Positions 6,996-13,787 are shown, numbered from the stretch's first letter. The stretch: DNA of 21,200 nt from a virus (IMGVR_UViG_3300045988_174903:1-21200), one strand, 5' to 3'. A program made the numbers and translations. The notes: a model not told the origin generated them from the sequence alone.

Positions 6996-7322
6996 ATGAA
7001 TAGATTTAAGAAAACATATAGAGAATGCCTTTGCTTAGTATCATCAGGAGGTTTTGTCGCAGGATGTATTTATCCGATCGTTGGTTGGAATAATGGTCTA
7101 CATGTTATTACAGAAGATAAAAACGGTGAACCATTGGATTATTTGCTTCATAACGGGGGCGGTGATCCTGTTGAAAACGAATATGGGATAACAGGCGATC
7201 TTGCGGCGGTAGATGATAGATTCTACGAAGAACAAGGGAACTTAATATTCCGAACTTTGGTTGACGGTAAAATTGACACATATCCGTGGGAGCTTGAACA
7301 GAAGGGAGGGGCGGAACAATGA
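6996..7322 (+). CDS. Hypothetical protein (AT-rich insert)
   Basis: A GGAG SD sequence lies 8 nt upstream of ATG 6996. The longer track ORF (from 6924) overlaps the preceding gene. Confidence 0.45.
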   Translation: MNRFKKTYRECLCLVSSGGFVAGCIYPIVGWNNGLHVITEDKNGEPLDYLLHNGGGDPVENEYGITGDLAAVDDRFYEEQGNLIFRTLVDGKIDTYPWELEQKGGAEQ

Positions 7323-7528
7323 AAAGGACATACGATGTCATTGTTTGGATTGCCACTATAAATAGAGAAACGCACCTAATTGAACCGAAAGATGTTTTAA
7401 TTGCTCACGGTTTGAGAACAAAGCGTTCCGCCCGGAAATACATTGAATTTTACAAGGAAGAATACGACCAGAAAGAAAATATGTATGAAATCCTCGTGTC
7501 AGATGGAAAGGAGGCCAGCAATGATTAA
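7319..7528 (+). CDS. Hypothetical protein
   Basis: 69 aa, with ATGA overlap with the upstream gene. Confidence 0.45.
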   Translation: MKRTYDVIVWIATINRETHLIEPKDVLIAHGLRTKRSARKYIEFYKEEYDQKENMYEILVSDGKEASND

Positions 7529-7940
7529 CATCCTCGCATCCGTCAGGCGGCCTTTCTCCGGGCAAATTTTGTCCGGGGAAAAAACGTGGGAACTGCGGAA
7601 ATCTTTTCCGTATAAATATTATTACGAAAAACTAATTGTTTGGCTTTATGAGTCAAGGAAAGGAGGGGAGAGAGCAATAATCGGCAAATGCGTGCTCCGC
7701 ACTATCTGGGACATACGGGAAGACATAAGCTATTGCTTTACCCGTGAAATACTCGAAAAAGCGTGTGTCACATATGATTTATTAAAATCTTACGCTCCTA
7801 ATTATGTATGGGAATTTTCCAGTCCTGTTTCTTTGCCTTCTCCTGTGCCGCTCTCGGCCATCGGCATGACCCGTCCGCCGCAAAGCTGGCAGTACCTCAC
7901 TGACGAGCAAGCGGCGATACTGGAAAGGAGGCTCGCATGA
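7521..7940 (+). CDS. ASCH-domain-like protein
   Basis: N-terminus MINILASVRRPFSGQILSGEKTWELRK resembles the ASCH beta-barrel start. ATG 7521 overlaps the previous stop. Confidence 0.5.
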   Translation: MINILASVRRPFSGQILSGEKTWELRKSFPYKYYYEKLIVWLYESRKGGERAIIGKCVLRTIWDIREDISYCFTREILEKACVTYDLLKSYAPNYVWEFSSPVSLPSPVPLSAIGMTRPPQSWQYLTDEQAAILERRLA

Positions 7941-8092
7941 AGACCTGTATTAACTGTATCTATAGGGACCAAAAGGATGGATGTTGCTGGGGAGCGACAT
8001 CCATCCTGTATTCGGAAGAGGTGGATGAAACTACAAAAGCTTGTGAAGATTTTGAACCAGAAGAGGAGGCCGAAGATGAAGAAAACGCCTGA
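7937..8092 (+). CDS. Small (51 aa) Cys-rich acidic protein; below the ORF-track cutoff
   Basis: ATG 7937 overlaps TGA 7938-7940. Translation: MKTCINCIYRDQKDGCCWGATSILYSEEVDETTKACEDFEPEEEAEDEENA. Confidence 0.35.
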   Translation: MKTCINCIYRDQKDGCCWGATSILYSEEVDETTKACEDFEPEEEAEDEENA

Positions 8093-8420
8093 ACAGAAAG
8101 CGTTTCGCGAGTACGGAAAAGCATTAGGGAGGCTGGAAGAATTCAGGAGGAATCACCAGGACCAATTCTGTGTTCAAAGTCAAATAATGCGCCATTTTTG
8201 GAGGGAAGCCCATGTGTGTTGCGGTCAAAAAGAAATCACAAACAAGCACGTCAAACTGATCCGTGACGCGTGGCAGAAGCGGGCCGCGTGCAAGGCGTGG
8301 AATCCACCGGACGGACGGGATTGCCCTAACTGTTTTTACAGTAGCAACCGTCGCTGCAAGCTGCCTTGTTCGCAGTGCTGGGGACACTGTCTATGGGAGC
8401 CGAGAAAGGAGGGGAAATGA
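8076..8420 (+). CDS. Cys-rich hypothetical protein
   Basis: ATG 8076 follows a GGAGG SD sequence. C-terminus: CPNCFYSSNRRCKLPCSQCWGHC. Confidence 0.45.
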   Translation: MKKTPEQKAFREYGKALGRLEEFRRNHQDQFCVQSQIMRHFWREAHVCCGQKEITNKHVKLIRDAWQKRAACKAWNPPDGRDCPNCFYSSNRRCKLPCSQCWGHCLWEPRKEGK

Positions 8421-9229
8421 ACACTAGAGCACCACGGAAAAGGGCTCTGGCCCGGTATATCGGAGGGAAAAACAGAATTGCCCCCTGGATTATCAGCTTT
8501 TTCCCTCCCCATAAAATCTACGTTGAACCGTTCGGAGGTTCCGGGGCTGTGTTGCTTAATAAACAGCCCGCCTGGATGGAGATCTACAACGACCTTTATG
8601 ACCGAGTGGTTAATTTCTTTGAGGTCTTGCGGGACCCGGAAAAATCCGCCCGGCTGGCCAGTCTGCTGGAATTGACACCCTACGCTCAAACGGCCTATGC
8701 CCGGTCTTTTGAAATCGCGGAAGATCAAGTCGAAGATGCTCTCCGTTTTGCCATCAACTCCATGATGTCCTACGGCGGAGGTATTCACAAGCCGGGGTTC
8801 AAGCGCAACGGCTTACTTCGCACAACCCCTTATCCTCAAACGTGGCGGGAATATCCGGCCGTAGTGCGAGAATGCGCGGCCGAACTCCGGAACCGAAATA
8901 TCGAAATCAACAAAATGGACGCCCTGCAGGTCATGGCCCGGTACGATACGCCGGACACGCTGCATTACGTGGATCCTCCCTATGTGCAATCTACCCGAGG
9001 CAACCGTGTGAGGTACGCGCATGAGTACGACCAAGAGGACCATGAGCGGCTTCTTGTCTTTTTGAAGACGCTGAAAGGCAAGGTTGTCCTGTCCGGCTAC
9101 GATTCCGAGCTTTATGCCCGGCATCTGGCCGGGTGGCGGAAGGAATGCAAGGTCTCCCACGACACGCAAGGCGGGGAGAAAATCGAATGCCTGTGGCTTA
9201 ACTACAACCCCCAACTGACGCTTTTTTGA
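8417..9229 (+). CDS. dam: Dam-type (D12 class) N6-adenine DNA methyltransferase
   Basis: YIGGKNRIAPWI...EPFGGSGAV (SAM-binding motif) and YVDPPY (catalytic DPPY). ATGA overlap at 8417. Target specificity cannot be read from the sequence. Confidence 0.85.
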   Translation: MNTRAPRKRALARYIGGKNRIAPWIISFFPPHKIYVEPFGGSGAVLLNKQPAWMEIYNDLYDRVVNFFEVLRDPEKSARLASLLELTPYAQTAYARSFEIAEDQVEDALRFAINSMMSYGGGIHKPGFKRNGLLRTTPYPQTWREYPAVVRECAAELRNRNIEINKMDALQVMARYDTPDTLHYVDPPYVQSTRGNRVRYAHEYDQEDHERLLVFLKTLKGKVVLSGYDSELYARHLAGWRKECKVSHDTQGGEKIECLWLNYNPQLTLF

Positions 9230-9231
9230 TT

Positions 9232-9756
9232 ATGGCGCGTAAACCAACATCTTTAATCCCGCGGACGCACCGGGAATTATGCGAAATTGCTGAACGCTGG
9301 CTCATGGGCTCTGCCCGTTGCCGGGTGGCGATCGCGGAACCGAACTGCATCGTTACGGACGAGCAGCCCGACGCTATAGGTTTCAAGGGATCGTATAGCA
9401 TCCTCGTTGAGGCTAAAACCAGCCGGGCGGATTTTTTGGCAGACCTCAAAAAGCCGTTCCGCCTCCGTCCTCAAAAGGGTATGGGGTATTGCCGATACTA
9501 CATCTGTGAGCCGGGGATCATCACAGAAGATGACCTGCCGGAACGGTGGGGATTACTGTATGTCCTCCCTGGCGGACGGGTTCGGATAGTTCGGTACAGC
9601 AGACATTTCCGTGAGGCAAACTACGCCGCTGAAAGGAGCCTTTTGACCGCATGCCTGTACATCCAGAAGCCGCTAAAAATCAATACTGTTCAAGGCAGGA
9701 AAATACAGCTCTCACCTGCATTTGGCGCAGAAGCAAAAGAGAAGGAGGGGATATAG
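9232..9756 (+). CDS. MmcB-like PD-(D/E)xK nuclease family protein
   Basis: PDAIGF...ILVEAKTSRADFLADLKK...YYICEPGIITEDDLPERWGLLYV: a PD...ExK motif plus an MmcB/DUF1052-like tail. Confidence 0.5.
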   Translation: MARKPTSLIPRTHRELCEIAERWLMGSARCRVAIAEPNCIVTDEQPDAIGFKGSYSILVEAKTSRADFLADLKKPFRLRPQKGMGYCRYYICEPGIITEDDLPERWGLLYVLPGGRVRIVRYSRHFREANYAAERSLLTACLYIQKPLKINTVQGRKIQLSPAFGAEAKEKEGI

Positions 9757-9761
9757 TATAT

Positions 9762-10517
9762 ATGGCCGGAGACTGGATAAAGGTTGAACACACAACACCC
9801 GACAAGCCGGAAGTGGTGAAGTTGGCCGACATGCTCGGCATTGATCAGGATGCCGTGGTTGGAAAGCTGCTGCGCCTTTGGATTTGGGCTGATCAACAAT
9901 CCGTCTCTGGTAACGCTATCACCGTTACAAATTCGTTTCTCGACCGTCTCGTATTCTGCCCCGGTTTCGCCGCTGGGCTTGTCAAAGTCGGCTGGTTGAA
10001 TGGACGCAATGGACTCCTTTCAATCCCCAATTTTGACCGCCATAATGGCCAAACCGCTAAGAATAGGGCCAATACGAACCGCCGAGTTGCGAATCACCGA
10101 AAAGGACGTAACGATGAAACCGTTACAGATGTAACGCCCGAACCGTTACAAAAACCGTTACCAGAGAAGAGAAGAGAAGATAATACTACTACACCAACTA
10201 CAACCGGGCGCGAAGTCTGCCAATTTCCGCAGGACGTGTCCGAAATTGACCGCTTCATGGCCGCTCAAGTGCTGCACCCGCTCGGAGACGAGCTTACCCG
10301 GTGCGCCGAACGGTTTTTTAACGAGCAAGCCGCCGTTGGCTGGAAAAACAAGCACGGCATCCCCCTGGCGGACTGGCGGCCCCTGGCCCGCCAATACCCC
10401 GCCACCTGGGCCCGCAACAACGCGGCCGAAGCTGGCTTAAAGCCCGCCAATGCCGCGGGAACCGCATCAAAATCAACACCTAAACCATCACGAAGAGATG
10501 AACTCTGGACAGACTGA
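9762..10517 (+). CDS. Phage replisome organizer / replication initiator (lambda O-like role)
   Basis: ATG 9762 follows a GGAGGGG SD sequence. N-terminus DWIKVEHTTPDKPEVVKLADMLGIDQDAVVGKLLRLWIWADQ is typical of phage replication-organizer N domains. There is a low-complexity linker containing iterons, and the gene sits upstream of the DnaC-like loader. Confidence 0.6.
   Translation: MAGDWIKVEHTTPDKPEVVKLADMLGIDQDAVVGKLLRLWIWADQQSVSGNAITVTNSFLDRLVFCPGFAAGLVKVGWLNGRNGLLSIPNFDRHNGQTAKNRANTNRRVANHRKGRNDETVTDVTPEPLQKPLPEKRREDNTTTPTTTGREVCQFPQDVSEIDRFMAAQVLHPLGDELTRCAERFFNEQAAVGWKNKHGIPLADWRPLARQYPATWARNNAAEAGLKPANAAGTASKSTPKPSRRDELWTD
10104..10210. other. Candidate phage origin of replication (iterons plus AT-rich/short-repeat segment) inside the organizer gene
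   Basis: CGTTAC/GTAACG hexamers at 10108, 10121, 10131, 10144 and 10156. AACCGTTAC occurs three times. Then (AGAAG)x3 and ATAATACTACTAC. One further GTAACG-N8-CGTTAC pair lies at 9910-9929. Confidence 0.45.
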
Positions 10518-11238
10518 CGACCCCATTGACGCCCGGCACGCCCTCAAAGGTGCCGACATTGAAAGCCTCTTGGCATCCATGACAGCGCTTGCCACGGATG
10601 ACGGAAGAAGCATTGAAGAACTGGAAGCGGAAGCGCTCGCCGCCGAGAAACAGCGGGAGGAAGAACGCAAGGCAACCTATGAACGCCTGGGCCTGGTTGA
10701 CCGAGGCTTTCCTCGCCGGGCGATTGATTGCCTCGACGAAGTGACCGGAGAACCATGGAAGAAGGCCCTCCGTGATGCCTATCGCCTTGTTTTGACTCCT
10801 GGGAGTATCATTGTACTAAACGGACGCTACGGCACCGGGAAAACGGTTTTAAGCACGTTTCTTGCCCGCGTCATGTACCGGCGCAAGAAGCGCGTCCTCT
10901 ATACCAAGGCCTATGATTACACGATGGCCCTGCGGGAGACGTTCAACGGCGGCGGCTCTGAATCCTCTGTCATGGCCCGCTACAAGTCGCCTTATCTGCT
11001 GGTCCTGGACGAGTATCACGAGGTAAAGGACACGGACTTTACAGGCCCGGCGCTGGAACGGCTCATTGACTACCGGCACCAGAACGGCAAGCCGACCATC
11101 ATCATTGCCAACTACAGCCCCGCCGCCCTGGAGGATCGCCTCGGCCCGGCCATTGTTTCACGCATCCATCTATGCGGCACCATCATCACGTGTGATTGGC
11201 AATCGTACCGTGAGATCAACTACAACCTCCGGGAATAG
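10498..11238 (+). CDS. DnaC/IstB-like AAA+ helicase loader
   Basis: Walker A: NGRYGTGKTVL. Walker B: LLVLDEYH. The start is uncertain (10450 or 10498). Confidence 0.75.
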   Translation: MNSGQTDDPIDARHALKGADIESLLASMTALATDDGRSIEELEAEALAAEKQREEERKATYERLGLVDRGFPRRAIDCLDEVTGEPWKKALRDAYRLVLTPGSIIVLNGRYGTGKTVLSTFLARVMYRRKKRVLYTKAYDYTMALRETFNGGGSESSVMARYKSPYLLVLDEYHEVKDTDFTGPALERLIDYRHQNGKPTIIIANYSPAALEDRLGPAIVSRIHLCGTIITCDWQSYREINYNLRE

Positions 11239-11290
11239 CCCTGGAATCTCGTATACCCCCTGGAATCTCGTATAGGGGGCGCGTTTTTAT
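11239..11290. repeat. Tandem 17-bp repeat CCCTGGAATCTCGTATA (11239-11255, 11258-11274) with CCCCC/GGGGG hairpin and T-run
   Basis: Read directly. Lies between the convergent early operon and the minus-strand island. CCCCC 11256-11260 pairs with GGGGG 11275-11279, followed by CGCGTTTTTA. Confidence 0.6.
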
Positions 11291-11300
11291 CTTGGAAAGA

Positions 11301-12605
11301 TCAAGATTGTTTCTTTGTAGACCGCCCCCTTGTATCAAACGCCGGGATATTTAATTTTCTCCTTGCTTTTCCGATAACTTGTATTGATTTGCCTGTTTTA
11401 TTAGCGACTTCTTTATCAGTCATTGTGCCCAGCAGGGATTTAATGTATTCGTCCCCTTCTATTGTTTCTTGCAAGCTTTTTTCCTCACGTAATGCCGGAA
11501 CATTCAATTTCTGTCTAATTCTTCTTACTGCCTCGTCATCAATATTAAATTTTTCGGCTATTACTCTATCATAAACTTTCCCAAGCATAGATAAGAGTTT
11601 TTTACGTTGGTCCGGTGAAAATCTTTCTAAAATGCTTTTACTGAAAGGCTTAATTTTGTTCTGTTCTCTAAATTTTTTAATTACATATACGCTGTACCCT
11701 GTTTTTTTTGCAATTTTTAAATCTGATACTCTTCCCAATAAATTAAGAATTATATCCTTGTCCGCATCCTTAATGGGAGAGTATGGAGCTGGAGCAATTT
11801 TTAATTTTCTACGGTTCCGCGCTACAACATTAAGCGATATTCCAAGCCTTTCAGCAATTTCGCTATCAGGAACTTTCCCAAGCATGGATAGCATTTCTTC
11901 GCGTTTCTCTTCGGGGAATTTAGTATCAGATAATGATGGAATGCCCATCTTTTTTCTAATAAGCGCAATTCCTGCCTTGGAATAACCGAATTTTTTAGCA
12001 ATTTCATCATCCGGGGTCTTTCCAAGCATGTTAATTAACTCTTCGGGATACTCTTTTTTCTTGTGTGGTTTATTTGGGTCTCGTGGCTGACGGGGTTTAC
12101 GCGGCCCCCTATATGACTTAATCCCTAATTTCTTTCTAAGGTAGGCTACTCTGGAATTTGAGTATCCAAACTTCTTGGCACACTCCGAGTCAGGAATTTT
12201 TCCGAGCACTGCAATAAGCTCTTCATCGTGTTGGATGCGGATTGCTTCAGGGCTGCAATACTTTTTGATACCTAATTTATAGCGTTCAGTCTGGACCGTG
12301 ACGCGCGCTATTCCGAGTAGCTCGGCGATTTCCAGATCAGGTTTTTTGCCCAACATGGACCGCATTTCTTCACGCTGTTCGTGAGAAAGAATGCGGTGAA
12401 ACCTCTTTTCTCGGTATTTTTCATGCAATAACTCCATGAGCAATTGCATGTATTCAGGCGTGGGATGTGGTTTTTTAGTATTTAGCCACTTCCAAACAGC
12501 ATCTTCCGTCACCCGCATCATCTGCGCGGCCCTTTTTACAGCTTGGGTAGGATTTGGAAGATTGTTGGCAGTTTGAAGCCAGTCGATAAATTCTTGTGCG
12601 GTCAT
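11301..12605 (-). CDS. Multi-HTH repeat protein: N-terminal Cro/YdaS-like HTH plus seven tandem sigma-r4/Mor/GcrA-like HTH modules
   Basis: 434 aa. The consensus (E)E(L/M)xxMLGKxPDxEIAKKFGYSxxxVxxxRKKLGI recurs with the LG(K/R/T) dipeptide at residues 85, 134, 194, 242, 290, 341 and 392. The repeats are also visible in the DNA (e.g. TTTCCCAAGCAT variants). Confidence 0.8.
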   Translation of the reverse strand: MTAQEFIDWLQTANNLPNPTQAVKRAAQMMRVTEDAVWKWLNTKKPHPTPEYMQLLMELLHEKYREKRFHRILSHEQREEMRSMLGKKPDLEIAELLGIARVTVQTERYKLGIKKYCSPEAIRIQHDEELIAVLGKIPDSECAKKFGYSNSRVAYLRKKLGIKSYRGPRKPRQPRDPNKPHKKKEYPEELINMLGKTPDDEIAKKFGYSKAGIALIRKKMGIPSLSDTKFPEEKREEMLSMLGKVPDSEIAERLGISLNVVARNRRKLKIAPAPYSPIKDADKDIILNLLGRVSDLKIAKKTGYSVYVIKKFREQNKIKPFSKSILERFSPDQRKKLLSMLGKVYDRVIAEKFNIDDEAVRRIRQKLNVPALREEKSLQETIEGDEYIKSLLGTMTDKEVANKTGKSIQVIGKARRKLNIPAFDTRGRSTKKQS

Positions 12606-12616
12606 AGTGAGAAAGG

Positions 12617-12637
12617 AGGGGCGGCTTTGCCGCCCCT
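12617..12637 (-). other. Intercistronic GC hairpin between the acidic-protein gene and the multi-HTH gene
   Basis: GGGGCGGC (12618-12625), TTT, GCCGCCCC (12629-12636), plus the flanking A:T pair 12617/12637. On the minus-strand RNA it is followed by UCCUUUCUC, so it could be a partial attenuator. Confidence 0.35.
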
Positions 12638-12646
12638 GGGGGTTAT

Positions 12647-12970
12647 TTAGTGAGCTTCAACGCGGGAAGCGTCCTGCGTCCAGTTGAGGTTTTCTCCTTC
12701 AATTTCTTCGCCCGTCATTTGTTCAAAGACCATGAAGATTTCAACCTTGTTCCCTTCTGCATCATAGCCGGGAGCAGACCATTCTTCCATATAGCTGCCG
12801 TCTTCGTATTTGTCCGCATAGGAGCCAGGGAAAACCCTGTTGGTGTATTCCATCTGGCGCGCTGCATAGTAGGTCTTGCCTTCAAACTTGTAGCTGCCAA
12901 ATTCACGTTCAAGAGCGGTCAGGTTGATTTCTTCTCCGTCTTCCGTGGTGATGATTTTGTTATCGTTCAT
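12647..12970 (-). CDS. Highly acidic 107-aa protein (function unknown)
   Basis: By my count, 24 D/E against 9 K/R. It is the first gene of the minus-strand operon. No recognised motif. Confidence 0.6.
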   Translation of the reverse strand: MNDNKIITTEDGEEINLTALEREFGSYKFEGKTYYAARQMEYTNRVFPGSYADKYEDGSYMEEWSAPGYDAEGNKVEIFMVFEQMTGEEIEGENLNWTQDASRVEAH

Positions 12971-13042
12971 TGTCTTGTTCTTTCTAGTTTTGTTATTTGG
13001 ATTATGTCTTCGTTCGGTCCCTTACCTCCCGTCAACAAAATT

Positions 13043-13071
13043 AAGTTACTATAAAATTTATAGTAACGCAA
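13043..13071 (-). promoter_or_regulatory. Candidate promoter with embedded perfect palindrome (operator) for the minus-strand operon
   Basis: On the minus strand: TTGCGT (13071-13066), 17 nt, TAACTT (13048-13043). The spacer and flanks form GTTACTATAAA-A-TTTATAGTAAC (13045-13067), with 11-bp perfect arms. Confidence 0.4.
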
Positions 13072-13147
13072 GAGAAAAAATGAAAAAAGGTGAAAAAAGT
13101 TGTCATTCCGTTTTTGCTTGCGGCCTGGCGCAGAATATGAGAGAAGT

Positions 13148-13271
13148 AATTTGTTCTTTCTAGGAACACGTCAGCCCTCCGGGGCTGTGGATTAAAACGA
13201 TCACAAGATCAGCACGAGCGGAAACGCTCATTCCCTTAAAAAGGGCGGTTCTTCGGGGCTGCCCTTTTTTA
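13148..13271 (+). ncRNA. Candidate plus-strand structured small RNA ending in an intrinsic terminator
   Basis: Three hairpins have canonical stable tetraloops only when read on the plus strand. First: CAGCCC-UCCG-GGGCUG (13172-13187). Second: GAGCG-GAAA-CGCUC (13216-13229). Third: a 10-bp stem with a UUCG loop (13242-13265) plus U6. The 5' end is a guess, based on a weak TTGCTT-16-TATGAG at 13114-13141. Confidence 0.35.
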
Positions 13272-13787
13272 TTCCTTCGGGACGGCAGGGGCGGCAAGTA
13301 CCCGCCATCCGGCGCCGCTGCCATGTCCGCATTTGCGGAAGCGTTGTGCAGCACAAACCAGGAGCTTATAGACCTTTTTCCCCTTTTCTTCGCCGTACCG
13401 GTCTATCATGTAGAGTTTGAGATTCCGAGCCGTGACTTTCTCTCCATCCGGGGATTCCAGCAGCCATATCTTTGCATGGCAATTTGTCTCAAATTTCCCT
13501 GTTCTGGGGTGCTTCCTGGGGCCGGGAACTCCCCGATGCTTGCAAGCCTCCTGAAAGGCTTCTGACGTGATTTTCCGCCCCTTCTGGGCTGCATTCGCGC
13601 AAGGATAAGAGCAATGTTTCCGCCGAAAGAGTTTTTTAGCGCGGAATTCCTTTCCGCACACGGGGCAGGTGATAGTTTCCCAGGCGGCGTCATAGTGTGC
13701 CTTGAGGCAAGCGCGGGAGCAGTATACGCTTTCCCGCGCTCCGTAGCGCGGCGGAACATCCTTGCCGCATATAGGACACTTTTTCAC
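13269..13787 (-). CDS. Double zinc-ribbon protein with homing-endonuclease-like C-terminal DNA-binding segment
   Basis: Two CPxCGK...(Y/H)CSxxC units: CPICGKDV...YCSRAC and CPVCGKEF...HCSYPC. The C-terminal WLLESPDGEKVTARNLKLYMIDRYGEE...GAGWRV resembles the tail of phage GIY-YIG/HNH-associated proteins. No catalytic motif is seen. Confidence 0.6.
   Translation of the reverse strand: MKKCPICGKDVPPRYGARESVYCSRACLKAHYDAAWETITCPVCGKEFRAKKLFRRKHCSYPCANAAQKGRKITSEAFQEACKHRGVPGPRKHPRTGKFETNCHAKIWLLESPDGEKVTARNLKLYMIDRYGEEKGKKVYKLLVCAAQRFRKCGHGSGAGWRVLAAPAVPKE

Noticed and set aside
8417-9756. Dam methyltransferase plus the downstream PD-(D/E)xK protein as a type II restriction-modification pair.
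   Set aside because: The nuclease matches the MmcB/DUF1052-like pattern (EAKTSRADFLAD…YYICEPG…LPERWGLLYV) common in phage replication modules. Orphan Dam genes are usual in phages. Nothing in the sequence supports a cognate restriction activity.
11331-12383. Periodic DNA repeats that could be mistaken for a CRISPR array or satellite.
   Set aside because: The period is irregular (144-180 bp). The repeats are diverged at the DNA level but conserved at the protein level, and they lie in one long ORF, so they are coding HTH repeats.
12650-13163. Plus-strand ORFs 12650-13054 (134 aa) and 12924-13163 (79 aa).
   Set aside because: They are Phe/Val-rich products antisense to the Glu-rich acidic gene. 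Their starts are not supported by nearby signals, so they are treated as shadow ORFs.
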